Assembly: GCA_028534125.1 (NCBI GenBank)
Contig: CM052816.1
Span: forward strand, 32,304,001-32,368,000
Length of the DNA stretch: 64,000 nucleotides
Origin: Lama glama
Taxonomy: Eukaryota
Direction of reading: 5' to 3'
The translations under genes were made by a program, and so were the position numbers. Below, in pieces: positions 13,444-28,100 of the stretch. Within the stretch, counting starts at the first letter, position 1; each line of letters opens with the position of its first letter. The notes below the pieces were generated by a model. That model did no database searches. It saw only the letters and a program-made list of their open reading frames with translations, and had not been told where the DNA came from.

Positions 13444-13681
13444 CAGTTGATCCTTGAACAACATGGGTTTGAACAGCTCAGGTCCCACTTATACATGAAT
13501 TTTTTTCAGTAATAAATACCACAGTACCTACATAGCCTGATGGTGGTTGAATCCATGGATGTGGAATTGTGGATAAAGGGGAACCATGTATACTGAGAAC
13601 CAACCATAAGTTACAGGTGAATTTTCTATTGCACTGGGAGGGTTGGTGCCCCTAACCCCTGTGTTGTTCAAGGGTCAACTG
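13444..13681. mobile_element. Tigger2-like MITE nested in the L1
   Basis: TA-flanked TIRs cagttgatccttgaacaa ... ttgttcaagggtcaactg. Confidence 0.9.
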
Positions 13682-14085
13682 TATAAAGAAAACCGTATTT
13701 AGCCACACCATGATCAAATAGCTAAAAAAACTAAAGATAAAGGAAAAAGTCATAAAAGCAGCTAGTGAAAAAAGATAAATTCCATACAGCACCTACAGAA
13801 TGAAGGCTGTCTTTTTATCAGAAATGGCAGAGATCAGAAGACACAGATACCATAGACAATCTCTTTAAAGTATGAAAGGACAAACTATCAACCCAAAGTT
13901 CTATATAGAGTGAAAATACCTGTTACAAATAAAAGCACAATAAAGACATTTTCATATAAAAGAAAACTGAGAGAATTTATCAACTATAGAACTGTACTAC
14001 AAAAAGATGGAACAGGAAGGAAAGTGGAATATCTGATCTAGAGGAAAGAATAGAGCACACAGGTAACAGCGAATACATCGGTAAC

Positions 14086-14590
14086 TGAATTCACTTTCTA
14101 TTGCTGCTGAAACAAATAACCATAGATTTAGTGACAACACAAGTGTATTATCTTACAATTCTGTAGGTTGGAAATCTGACATAGGTGTCACTGAACTAAG
14201 ATCAAGGTGCTGACAGAGCTGCACTCCTTCTGGAAGGCTCTATGAGAACACCTATTTTCCTGGCTCTTCCAGCTTGCAGAGGCTGCCCACATCCCTTGGC
14301 TCAGGGGCCCTTTCTCCATCTTCCAATCCCGCAACAGTAGGTTGAGTTGTTCTCAAATTTGAATCACTCTGACTTCCTTGTCTGTCCCCTTTTCCACTTT
14401 TAAGGACTCTTGTGGTTATTTTGGGTCTACTTGGATAATTCAGGATAATCTCCTTGACCGAAGGTCAAGAATTAACAATCCTAATTCCATCTGCAAACTT
14501 AATTCCTCTTTGCCATCTAACATAAAATACTCACAAGTTATGGAGATTAAGACATGGGCATATCTAGAGGGCTATTTTCTGCCTACCACA
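14086..14590 (-). mobile_element. MaLR solo LTR (MLT1D-like) nested in the L1
   Basis: tttctattgctgctgaaacaaataaccat...attttctgcctaccaca, flanked by a degenerate 5-bp TSD gtaac/ttaac. Confidence 0.8.
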
Positions 14591-17500
14591 TTAACTATAA
14601 AATTTTGTTCCTCTTTATTTTCCTCTTGATTTCTTTTAAAAACAATGTACTGTTTAAGCAAAGGTGCTAACATTGTAATGTGAGGCTACTAACATACAAA
14701 AATAAAACATACAATGGTAGCAAAAAGGACAAAGAGGTCATAATTGGAACTATATTTTTCTAAGATTTCTAAATTTTAGTAAAAATGTTATGATACTATT
14801 CCTAAACAGACTCCTAATTGTGATCAACTAGGGAATCATACTGTAAGCCACAAGTAAACCATAAATTTTTTGAAAATACAAAGAAGTATAGGTAAAATGT
14901 CAATTAAAAGGTAAAATGGAATAAAAAAAATTCAACTAACACAAAATACAATAGTAAAAGAGGAAGAAACCAACAAAAAATAGACATGATAAATAGGAAG
15001 AAAGAGCAAGATGGTAGACTTAAAACCCTAAAATATTAATAATTACATGAACTCATATAATAAACGTTTGATTTAAAAGTTAGAGATAGTCAGATTGAAT
15101 TTAAAAAAATCAAACATTGATGTCTACAAGACATCAAGAGATGGATTTTAAACATAAAGATATACTTAGGACTAAAGTAAAAGTATTACAAGGATATATA
15201 TCATGCAAACGGTCAGCATGAGAAAGGTCTAGTGGTTATATAAATCCACACACATAAGAGTGTATGGGTGTAATGGACAAAGAGAAAGTATTACCAGAAT
15301 AAAGAGGACATTTCATAATGACAAAAAATTAATTTATCAAGAAGACCAAAAGAAAAATTTCACAAATATGTGTGTACCTACTACCAGAGCTTCAAAATAA
15401 CTTGAAGCAAAAACTGACAGAACAAAAGGGTGAAACAGACAAATCCACAACCATTATTGGAAATTTTAACACCCCTCTGTCAATGAGTGACTGAAAAGAG
15501 GACAAAGAAGTCTGTAAAGACGTAGACCATCTGCACAACACTATCAGCTAACTAGGTCTACTTGACATTGATAGACTACATCCAATGATTGAGAATGATT
15601 CTTTTCAAGTCCATCAAATCATTCACTGTTAAAGAATACATGCTAGGTCTTAAGACAGATCTCAATAAATTCCAAATGACTGAAATCTTACAGATTTTTT
15701 CAACCAAAACATAATTAAATTAGAAATTAGTAATAGTGAGATATATAGAAAATCCCCAAATATTTGGAAATTAAATAACACACTACTGAAAAAAATTGAA
15801 GGTCAAAGAAACCACAGGTGAAATTTAAAATTCTGAACTGCATGATAATAAAAACAACACATCAAAATATATGAAATACAGTGAAAGCAGGGCTTGGGGG
15901 AAACTTAGAACTTTATACTTATATTAAAAAATAAGAAAGATTTAAAATCAGTGTCACCTTACGAAAATGATAAAAAGAGCAAATAAAAGACTAAATAAAT
16001 AGAAGGAAGCAATAAACAGTAGAAATCAATAAAACAGATAACAGATAAAGAAAATTAACAAAACCCAAAGTTAGTTCTCTGAGAAACTAGATTAAGGAGA
16101 AAATTAAGAGAAAATACAATTTATCAACATCAGGCATGAAAGAGGTAATACCACAACAGATGTTCAAAGGATACAAAAGAATTATTATGAATAATTTTTT
16201 TGTTAAAAGATATGACAAATTAGATAAATTAAACAAATTCTTTTCAAAATACATACAACCTAAACCTACACATAATAAGTAGACAATATGAACAGCCTAA
16301 TATCTATTGAAGAATTTTAGTTTGTAATTTAAAACTTCCCACAAAGAAAACCGTGGCAGGGTTGGTTTTCTAGGTAAATTATATCAGATATTTAAGGAAG
16401 GAATATTGATAATTTTACATTGACTCCTAGAAAATAGAGGGGTAAAAAAAAAAGGAACACTTTCTAAATTATTTTAAATGACCAGCATAATTGTTATAAA
16501 GAACCTGACAAAGACACTACAAGAAAATTACAGACCTCCATTTCTCATGAACATAGGGGAAAAAAATTTAACCTAATAATATCAGACAGAATCTAACCAT
16601 ATATGAAAAGGATAATACATCAGGATCACCAGGGGCCTATTCCAGGAATACAAGAGGTATCATTCAAAACTCAATCAGTGTAATTTCTCCATTGACAGAG
16701 TAAAGAAGAAAAATGCAGAAAAAAGCTTATAAAGACTGGATATATAGAAAATCTCAATATAATTTTTTTAAAAGCTTCTAAAGCTAGTAAGTCGATCTAC
16801 CAAGGTTGCAGGATGGCAAAATAAAATATTAATATTAAAAAATTTTGGGGTTTCTCTGTACTAACAAACAATTTGAAAATGATATTTTACAAAGTACAGT
16901 TCAATGCCACTAAAAAATTAAATATTTAGGATCAAATTTAACAAAATAAATGCAATAACTGTACTGGAAGCCTAGAACACTGCTGAAAGAAATTAAAGAC
17001 AAATATATGGATGAGTAAGACATTAATTTTCTCAAAATTGATCTATAGATTCAACACAATGCTAATCTAAAGAATACAGTCTTTTTGTTTGCTTGTTTTT
17101 GGCAAAAACTAACACGCTGATTCAAAAATTTAAATAGAACTGTAAAGGACCTAAAATAGCTAAAACAACCTTGACAAAAAGAAGGCCAAAGTTTAAAAAT
17201 TTACACTGCATAATTCAAGTCTTACTGTAAAGCTACAGTAACTGAGACAACATGGTAGTTAAGGAATAAACAAATGATCAATGAAACAAAACTGGCCCAC
17301 ATACAAGTAGTCCATTGATTTTCAACAAAAGCCCCAAGACATTTCGATGAAGACAGTCTCTTCAACAAATGGAACTGGAAAAACATCTGAAAAAAAACTT
17401 CTCAGTATTCATCTCCACCTCATACAATGAACAACGAATTCTAATTGAATCACAGACCTAAATATAAAAGCAAAATTGGTATCATTGCTAGAAGAAGATA

Positions 17501-20260
17501 TGAGAGTATCTTTGTGATTCTTGAATAGGCAAATATTCTTTAAGATGCAAAAAAGTCTTAACTATAAATGAAAAAAATGATATATGTGTCTTCATCAAAA
17601 CTTAAAATGTCTGTTCACCAGAAAACAATGTTAAGAACATGAAAAAGCAAACCACAGCCAAGAAAGTATTCATAATACATATATCTGAAAAAGCACGTAT
17701 GTCTAGAATATATAAAGAACCTTACAAATAATAGAAAAGACAAACAATCCAATTAAAAATGGGCAAAACTTGAACAGACACTTTTTAAATGAACATATAT
17801 GAGTAACCAATAATATGCACAGGAAAATGTGGTTAACGTCATTCGTCATCAGGGAAATGCTCATTAAACCACAACGGAGTACCACTTCAAGCTGGTAATA
17901 TTAACAAGACAGATGAAATCAAATACTGGCAAGAATAGGGAAGAACCAAATTTCATACATTTCTAGAGAGGGTATAAAATGACACAACCTCTTTGGAAAT
18001 CATTTTGGTAGTTTCTTGTAAAATTAAATACAACCGGTTAGACATCCTCTAACCCAGCAGTCCCACTCAGGTATCTACCCCCAGGCAAAAGATAATACAC
18101 TCCACGGATACACTTGTATGGAATGTCTATAGCTTTTTCACATAACAGCAAACACTGAAAACAATCTAAACATCGAGCAAGAGGAGACAGGTAAACAAAT
18201 TGCGGCATAATCGTACAATGGACGATTACTCAGAAGTTTTAGATAACCACTGGTACACACAACAACATGGATTAATCTCAAAAACATTATGTTAAATGAA
18301 AGAAGCCGGGTTTTAAAAGAGCATATATTGTATAATTACATTTAGCTGACTCTCAGTAAGAGACAAGAACTACTCTGTGGTGATAGAAATCAGAACAGTG
18401 GCTGCCTTTGTAGAGTTAGGACTGAACAGGAGTACAAGGGAACTTCTTAAATCCTGTATCTTAATTGGCATGATAGATACACTATGTATACACTGGTCAA
18501 AATTTATAGACTTCTACCTGTAAGGTGAGAGCAATTTCACTACATGTAAATTTCACCTCCAATTACCTCAGATTTAAAAAAGTTTATTTCTTAGGCTGTT
18601 AAATGAATCTCAGATCACTCTATTAAAAATGATTAAATCCCAGGTCCCATCTACAATATCTGCCCCATAATATAACTGAATTATAGTAACTGTAATGTTA
18701 GATTATTCTATTTAACAATTTTATCTATAAATGAATTATTCCATTTATATACTATTGCCTCCAGTAATACATTTTGCCTTTTTCAAAATTTATATATAGG
18801 GTTTTTCCTAATTTTATTTTACTTTTCCCTTTATTTAATAAATTAAATTTACTATTGGCATTTAATTGAATTTACAGTGCTTTAGAAATAATTAGAAAAA
18901 CTGAATGCTGTTTTTAAGATTTAATATTAAGTCATCAAAATTTATGTATAACTAGTCCCTCATAGAAGAAGATTCCACATGGAATGGTAAAAACATGGTT
19001 GCAGAAGATTCACCCATGACTATGCTGGGACCCAATCTTGGGGTTCTGTGCCTTTTAGTTAAACTATCTACAATAAAGTCTTGATTCTTCCAGATCTAAA
19101 CCTCTCTCTCTCTCTCTTTTTTTTAAATGGAATTAGGGAGAGGTGGTATCCAAAACAAAGAAAACTTTTTACTGACTTCTGCTTTAAGCTGAAAATTTTA
19201 ATCAGGTTTCAGAACAAAAACATTAGGGAGTAATGAATCAGTCTATAAGGGTGCATATTGCTTAGTGACTACATGTAAATATTCTATTAGAAAAGAAACA
19301 GACATTTATTATGATGTACTGCTGACAAAAACACAAACATATTCTGGGGCAACTTCTAATTAGAAAGCAAGCCCCTAAGACTAGGAAGAGTCCCGTCACA
19401 TCACACAGGGGTGTGGGGTGTACCCTCTGGAGTCTTCTCCTGGCCTCTGTTAAAGTGCGCTGACACGCTTCTGCCCAGCTCCCTCAGAGCTCGCCACCCA
19501 CCCCATAGTCTGCCTGCCAATGCCCTACCTGATAACCATCCCTCCATCCACGAGTAGGCAACTCCAGAGACCTAACTACCCACCACAAAGGGACAGGTGG
19601 CCAGTCCTTGCTCATCTTAAAAAGGTATGCTTTGGGACGAGAGGTGGGTACAGGGAGTCTAAATTTGGACAATGCAAATGTTTTATTTTTTAAAAGTATA
19701 AACTTTATCAGTTTAAAAGAAAATTAATTCGGGGGACTGGCAACCTCATCGTTTAGAGATAATTGTGCTCACACATAGCACTGTCTGCTAATAGAAGGAA
19801 CAGGCAAATCCCAACACTGGAATGTAATGAATCACTCACTGAGTACTGCTCACAAATGGTAATCTGATGGGAAGATACTCACTTCTGGTTCAATCTGGAA
19901 CAAGACTTCAGAGGACTCTGCAGACTCATTTCACCAACAGCCAGGCTCCAGAACAAAAGAGACTTTCTACTTACTCAGTTGAATGTATACTTTTGTTTAA
20001 AAACAAAACATGGTTTTGATAACCTTGTTTTTTTTTATGACATTTTTGCATTGGCTGTGCTCCAACTTCTACTGCTTCAGAAACAGCTGATGAGTGTCAC
20101 AAACATAAGAAGGTGAATATGACAAATAAACAATGGGATAATCATGGTTAAACTAAATCACTTTAGAAAACCTCAAAGAGACAGCCCAATTTGCCCTAGA
20201 AACCACATGCTACCAAAAGCCCAGCGGTTTTGAATTAAGGCATAAAGAGATAGCACATAC

Positions 20261-20380
20261 GAGCGAGATCTGTGTCTGGATCGTCTATTGTTGGGGTCTG
20301 CCTGGTTTTTTTCCTTTTGTCTCCTTAATACAGCTTCCCACTGAGGCGCTGAATCCACCATATCATTCTCCTGCCGTATT
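20261..20380 (-). CDS. EPB41L4A: EPB41L4A coding exon (~exon 18), 120 nt: (R)[39 protein letters not shown](S)
   Basis: Acceptor ttcttttcag|A and donor TC|gtatgt. Contained in ORF 20173..20397(-), recognised peptide. Confidence 0.96.
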
Positions 20381-22161
20381 CTGAAAAGAAAGCCCATTCA
20401 TGTAAAGTTAACATCCACACATGTGGCACTTTGTTTATTGGTTCACCCTAAACTTCCTTTCAAAAGTTATTTAAAAATTATCAAGTAAGCTATTTAGAAG
20501 TTATTAAGAAATGAAAGGTTATTTAAGAATATGTAATTTTATTATAATCATAACCATTCAAAGCTGAGACTGTATTAACTGTATTAACAAACCTATAAGT
20601 AGGTAAGTATATAATATTTATGTATAAATGCAGAAATACATATTGGTTATTTTCAGACTTCATCCCTGGCTTAAAATTTTCTGGTAAAAAGATATGTGTC
20701 AAACCAAAACTCATTTAAAACATTTAAGTTTTGACTAAAGGAAGAGTAGTGTCTGCTAAACAATCTTAAATCATGAAACAAAATCATTTTTAAAAAACAT
20801 GTTAAGTAAAACAACACTGGATAATTTTATTTTGAAATGCTCTTAAAAATTCACACAAATTGTCAAAGCTTTCATGCACTACTAATAAGTAGCAGATACA
20901 ATTCCCATTTTTTAAGATATAAAACTAGAAATACAAGTTAAATATGGTGGCATAATAGATCAGCAGTTGAGTAGGCACAGAGCATCCTGATTACACTGCT
21001 CACATGTCTAAAAGGGAATGAAGGCTGTGCACTCAGTGCGGCCAGAGGGCTGGCAGGGAATGTAAACAAGGGAAAGGGAAATGAGGGGTGGGGGGCCATG
21101 TTACTTGGGGGGCACAGGCACTTGCCATGTGAGATCATGGGGCAGTGTTACCAAATCCTCTCAGTTTCTTTTAAAGATAATCCACAGATCTGGATTTCCT
21201 AAAATGAACTATTTTTTAAGTAATGGCAACCAGTTATGTATGGACCTAGCAAAACCCATCCACAGACCAACTTCAGCCTGCAGAAGTTGTGGAGCTTCGC
21301 TGTATCAAGACTTTCTTAAAAAAGAGGGTGAAGTGTTGCAGGGGAGAGAAGGGGAATCAAGCACTTCATTAAAGTATAAATAATGTCTGGAATGCACTGC
21401 AATGATGCTGTGAAGCCATGAGTATTTCTTGTGAAAATCAAACACCTGTTATTTGAATCTTTAAGTTTAAATTTATGTAAGTTCTTCAGAAAGCTGCTCC
21501 AGGGTGTTTCTTTCGCACTGACGCTCCCAGGGCGTGGGAGAGCAGCACGTAACTGCACGGTAATCAGCCCAGTACTGTGGTTGCATGAGCATATCGGCTT
21601 CAAAACAAAAATCAAAAGAACAGGCAAGTTTCGAGTCATTTCTCCCACTGAACAGATGTCTTTCGGTTGCCCTGTTACAGCATTTAGCACAGACTGTGGG
21701 GTGGGTATCTGGATTTGCTTATAATGCAAATCAGCAGACGAGTGACAAATATTCATTTCACATATACTTAAACAGAGACAATGGAAAGCATATTCAAGTT
21801 TTATTTAAAAAGAGTAGCTTATGAGGAAGAAGCTATTTAAATCTCTCTAGATTAAAGAGGAATTGTGTTAAGTAAAAAATTATCCGTCACACACTTCAAG
21901 GCTTTGAACTGTATATATTTCCTTACTAAAGCTTTCATTTCTAATAGCCTATTGTTTGACTATTAATAGGATACAGCCATGGTATTTTTCACAAATTCAA
22001 GAGCATTGCTCTCTCTCTCATGGCTTGTGCAAAGGAAATTAAAATTGAACATACATAGCTATGAATCTGAATATTAGAAATATCTGAAGAAAAATATGAG
22101 GTCATAATTATTAGTCATTCTTTGAAACAAACACTCTCATTTGAAAATGCCATGTGTGTAG

Positions 22162-22195
22162 ACACACACACACACACACACACAAACACACACAC
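22162..22195. repeat. (CA)n microsatellite
   Basis: Run of CA with one interruption. Confidence 0.9.
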
Positions 22196-25100
22196 GTATT
22201 TTCATAGCCAGAACCTATACCTCCAAGCCATTCTATGTATCATGTGACAGCCAGTGAGTCACCAGGCCCGCTGGTGAGGGGAAGGTCCTGGACACTCCCA
22301 GGACTGAGGGACCCAAAGTTAGGAAGAGATGGTCAGTGGGAAGGTGTAAGGCTAACAGGAAGATATCTCCCCTCCCACAGGAACCCACACTCATGCTGTC
22401 CAGGCAGAGAACAGGTCCTCCCAAGTTCTAATCCTGGAATCTTTTAGACTGTGGCTTCCATTCTGACCTAAATCACTGCACAGTTCATGGACAGGACTTA
22501 ATCTCACCATACTAATTTTTTTTTAATCAGTAAGTCAGCTTCTTGAAATATTTTTGAGGGGTCAAGCCTATCAGTAAGGGTGAGACCTGACTGGGGCCAA
22601 CACAGTTTTCCCAGAGGAACATCCCCATGACATTTCAAAGGAAGCACAACTGCTGTACGCTCACTGTCTGCTGTGGTAGAATTTAGCTGGTGACCTTCAT
22701 ACTCCCATTTCACTCTGACGACAAAAATTAATTAAAAACTCAGGAAGGAGATACCTTCCTGAGACATGAGCACACATGTTTGCTGTACCTTACTCGTAAT
22801 AAGAACTAAATCTGAAAATTTCAGACTACGGCATGTACCTTTAATTTTTATTTTCCTAATCAAAAGTCTAAAGTGAGGGCAGCAAAACCCTGTCAGTTAA
22901 TATTCTTGTGACCCACATGTTTCAAAGACAGATGCCCTCTACCGGTGACACTGTTTCATAAATATTCTAACAGGGGACATTAAAAATGTAAGACTCATTG
23001 GAGAGTCACAACAGAAGCACATCTTCCTGAGTAACGGGTGGTGAGGCTGCCTTAGTCTGTAATGAAGTTTGAAATTACACCCTTACAAAAGGCCTCTGGT
23101 TAATGGTACCTCATTACAAGAATGGAAGTGTCATTTCTCCCATCAGTGAACTGCTCCAGAAAAAACAGATGCTGCATGGAAAGGAAAAATTCTAGCTCTA
23201 AAGGCAAGGATATCATAACACTCAGTCCTTAAGAGGCAGGAGTTAACTATTTTGCTTCTGTATGAGTAACTAAAGAAGTAATTAAATGTAAAAGATGTCT
23301 CCTATAATGATTCTGCCTTGTAAATCTCATTTATCCTTGGTGTACGACACACATAGTGTTGGGTTTTGCTCCTTTCCTGTTCTATGTTAACTTTAATGTC
23401 GGTGTTTACACTATGAAGAATAAAAAGGCTTAAGGGGGGAAGAGTCTGTTCTAATTCTCATTGAGGATGTATTCATTTTCAAATGTTACATTTAAAGTTG
23501 AGCCTCAAAAATGATAAATATTTCTTTCCTGTATCCTTCAATGCAGTAATTACATTTATTACATTTTATCTATTTTCTCATGTACAACTAAAGAGAGTTA
23601 ACAGCTGGGCTAAGAAGCCGTACCATAAAAAGGCTTTTATTTTTCAATTAATGTATAAGGGAGACCATTACCCTAGAAGAGAGCATTTTCCAATAATGTT
23701 TCAGAATAAGAGAATTCTGATCTATTTCCTCCATGTCTCACCAAACTTCAACACCCTACTTCTCCAGACTACCCATGCAATTTAGATTTTTAACTATATT
23801 TGACACTTAATTAAAGTTTGCAAAAGGTTTTGAAGATGAAATGCCACATAATCGTTTGATAACAATAATGAAGATAATGACTATTCCTAGTCTCTTCTTT
23901 CCTGTCTTCCCAATTACAGTTCTGCCTCTTCTGCAAAATTCTTCACATTATCTAATGAATTCTTCTATAAGCCCCCGCGGGCTTTCCTTTGTCCTCCACC
24001 TGTTCCCGGGCAGTTCTGTTTCTAATAAGACCTTCCTTTATACCAGTTCTTAGTTCTTAATTCATTTCCCATTCACAGAGATAAAGACCATGTTTAATAC
24101 TAAACGTGAAAAATCTTACAGAGCAAGTATCTAATGGTAAGGGGAAAACATATTGTTCCTGAGTTCTGCCTAGTTCAGGCTCTGCCATTATCTGACTCAG
24201 AGACCCTGGGCAAAACGCTTAACCTTCTCCGGCAGGTCTGTTTCTTCATCTACTGAATTATTGTAAAGACCCTTTATAGCTTTAAGACTCTATGTCTCTC
24301 TATTTGTGCTTTATTTCCAGACCATTCAGACACATTAACACAAACATCTACTCTTCAGCTATAGCATGACCTTCTAGACAACTGTTCCATATGGACACTC
24401 CACTGCTAATATTGAACCTGCAGGTCCCAACTCATTGTGGACTTGTGTTTCTCAACAATTGCACTCATTTTTGGATCACCTGCTATAAACCAATATAAAG
24501 CAATCTTTGTTCGTTTTTTTTCCAGTAGTTTTTCTTCCCAAGGGAAATTTACGCTGGTTTCAGGCATCTGTCAATATGCTCCCTGAAGACCAGGAAGCCA
24601 GAAATTCATTTGCTTTTCCCACCTTCCCTCATCATCAATAAATTATTCTTATTTGCTCTTAAAGGTGCTTCCACCTCTTCTGCTTATTCCTTGTGCTCGC
24701 CCTACTAAAAAGGGCTGCCTTGGGCACAACTTCCCTCTCAAGTTCTCCTTGTCTTCATAACTGGTCACCCTACTTTGCTCTCCCTCAGTCATCTGACAGC
24801 ACTCCTCAGCTGCCGCAGCTCCGCACTTCCAGAGTCATCTCTGCCAACATGGGTTTATGCTCTGCAAACCCTAAATCATCCGCATCAAATGTCTAAATCT
24901 TAATATGGCTTATTAAAGTGGAAACCACAAACCCTTGCTGTCTGTAGCATGATGAGCATCACTTCCAGTGGCTTTGGACCAACTGCCTTCCCCATACACA
25001 CAACGTTTACCTTTTGTGCAGCCCCTCCCCTTCAGCCAGGGACAGAGAGACTGTGCAGTCGGGGCTGCTGGCAAGGAAACAGTCACCCATTTTCAGGCCA

Positions 25101-28100
25101 TGCGGAAGAAAAGGCCCTTGGTTTAAGTCTACCATCATCCAAAACACATTTTTCCCCTAGGGCACCAGGACAATCCTGTTTTGTTTTGTTTTATCATTTT
25201 AACAACAATAAGACCCTCCCCAAACTGTGATCTCGATTTGCCATTTCAGATGTATTGTCTCTGTTAGCTGCAGTGCCAAAGAGGACAGTCTATTCACTTT
25301 TTTAGGAAAATAATATAAAAGACCTTGTGGAACACATTTAAAATACTTAAAACCATCTTAATCCATTACTCAGATACTGATTCCAAAAGACATCTAAAAG
25401 GCAGGAAGAAACTCTAACAACATTTGTGGCAGAACAAATTCATGCTAGAAACACTGACTTCTTTTTGTTACAGGGAGTTGGGCCCCGTTTTCCAGATACA
25501 ACAGGGAAAACTTCAGATAACACTGAGCAGCGCTGAACATTCTCATTAATCAGATAGAACTGGCCCATGCAGAGCACTTTCTGCTTTTCAAAGCACATCC
25601 ATTATCTCAGATCCTCACAAAGCTCGGGAGATAGGCAGGGCAGGTATTATTCCACTTTGCATGTGAGAAAACTAAAACTCAGAGGGTAAAGGAACTAGCT
25701 CCTAGGCACAGAGATCTTCAAAGCAGGGCCAAAGTCCTAATGCACGGCCCTGAATTCTTTGTTCTGTGCTGTTTCACCCACACAGGCACACATGTGCACA
25801 CACATAGCCTCATGTACATAACTGATGTGATCATGATGCAAACATCCCAGAATCAAATTTGGGAAAGGTCCAAATGTCCCCTGTTGCCAATTTACTCTAG
25901 TCCTGCTCTTACCCCAAGCTTCTCTCATTTCTCTCTTCTAATCCTCAACAGGCTGAAGAGTTACTTCCACTTTCATGCTTATGCAAAAAACACCAGACCA
26001 GCTCCCTGCATCACTGCCCCCCACCTCCTTCAAATCTCCCACTTCAAATCCTAAAGGCCTAGCAACACATCAAAGCTAATGACTGAGAAATCCACCCACC
26101 CTCCCCAGTGAACACTCAGAAGAGTGCTGATGTTCATCAGCAGCACAAAGGAGATTTTGCAGACCAGTTTCTTTGAATGTGAAGGATATTTTATTAAGCT
26201 CACGGTATTTTCAGGGAAAGCTGGTTTATGAAAGGCTTCACTCTGATAAGTCTACTTCCTAGGTTCTCCTTCAGCATACCCTGCGGGTGAGTCCAGAGTG
26301 TGGCCCCAGGGCTCAGACCCAGAGGACTGACCCTTCTGATTTTAGGGGCAAGTTTCAAAATTCTAACTGGTGAAAACAAATGCAATCTAATATTCACATA
26401 GATCATTAACTTCATACTGGCTTTGTACTTGGTAGGTTTCCAATCTGATGAATTTGAACCAATTTTTTCACAAATCAGTATAGCAAAGTAAGTAATCTCG
26501 AAAGATATTTGAAGCCGTGTAGTTTTTAATCCTACCAGTGAACTGAAGTTAACAATTTCATTTCCCCAAATCAATCTTTCACTATTTAGATCATAATGAC
26601 TACTTGATAACTTTTTGGAGGCCAGATACTCCCTTCAGAATCTGATAAAAAATCTACAGATCTTGTCACCAGAAAATCACGTACTTGGAAACATACAAAA
26701 TTTTGCATACAATTTCTCAGGGTTATAAGACCTCTAAAACCCACTCATGAATTAGAAGATAAGAATGCCTGATCTGAAAATACAAATGTGTAAAGAAAGT
26801 TACGGAAGGTGAGAAAATGGAAGACGAAGTTAAAAGAAAAGTGGAAAAGGCTGAAAAAGGGGTGGAGGGGAGGTAGGACAGTCAAAGAAGAGGCAGCAAC
26901 TCCAAAGTCAGGTATCAAACTCTTTGGCTCTTGCCACCAAAGCGCTATCACCTCTTAGATTTCATTTGGTCTTTGCAGTAACTCATCCAAGGAAAGGATC
27001 TGATAGTATACAGTTCACTTTAAGGATGAGAAAACTAAGGTTTAAACTGGTTAAAAAGTTGCCCAAGCTCAAATAGCAGGAACATGGCAGAACCAAAACC
27101 TTGACCCACATCCTTGGGGTTTTTCTGACACATCACTGGCTCCTAAACAGAGACAGAAGTCAGAGAAGATAGAAAAGAAAGAGTGGGAAAGAAGCTAAAA
27201 AAAGAAAAGAAAAGACAGGGGGGAACAGGGCCAGGTAAAATAATGTGATAGAGGAAAAAGGGAGGCGAGAGAAGAGAGAAGGAGTTGAGGTGTAAGTAGA
27301 GACACTGAGGGGAAAGTAAGGACATTCTGTCATCTTAGATGTTATACCACGAAACTGTGCTCCAACTTCTATCTAGTTATAAAAAGGGAAGAAAAAACTA
27401 TTTTCTCAAACCTCAAAACCTGGAGAACTATAGGTATCCACACAGACTATGAAAATGGTTAAAAAAAAAACAAAACAGACTGAAGTGAAAGGAAATAAAA
27501 AAAAAAGACATTAACAATTCCCCCAACAAAGGAGGCTGAAGCCCCTCGTGTTGTCGGAAACTCCTGTGCAACGAAACCCCACAGTCAACACACAATCCTC
27601 ACTCACCTGGCCTCGTCAGCTCTGCACCCAAAGCTGACAGAGCGGGGATTTATCTGCAGTTATATTTTTCTAAAATTGAATCTAAACAGTAATCCTTGTT
27701 TCTATATGAGCCTTTCAGAGTTGGTGCAGGTTATGAATTTTTCTTCATGGTTGTTAAAAGCTACAGCTGCTGCTTTGGATAAAGGTGATTGATGAACACT
27801 GTCTTATTAATTTCTGTTTCTCCTCACACAAAATGAGAGATGTTTAAATTGTTATCCATGGGAACGACAAAGCAGCTTAAGCCCAATGGGGAGACATTGT
27901 GGGAAAAAACAACATTTACAAAGAGTGGTCTCAAACCTAACAGGAGAGACTTCCTTATGTTAAACAAACAAAAACAACAATAGCAAAACCAGCAAGAAGG
28001 AGTGGCACAGGGAACAGCATCCCAGAGACCACACTGGGTCTCCAGAAAGTGAACCGGACTCTGTCCAGAGTTCCACTGGACACATCATGGGCTTCAAAAC

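Larger units (their letters stand above)
12110..18580 (+). mobile_element. Near full-length, decayed ancient L1 (L1M/L1ME-type), antisense to EPB41L4A
   Basis: 5'UTR-like start (ttctgcttctggtccaatggagtaac), A-rich ORF1 and ORF2 remnants (endonuclease, RT, C-terminal) and an L1ME-like 3'UTR (tggtgatagaaatcagaacagtgg...tgtaaatttcacctc). No intact long ORFs. Confidence 0.9.

Noticed and set aside
21316..21756. Longest ORF (146 aa, minus strand) as a hidden coding exon or retrogene
   Set aside because: No recognisable homology, poly-A or TSD, and it is not needed for the spliced frame.
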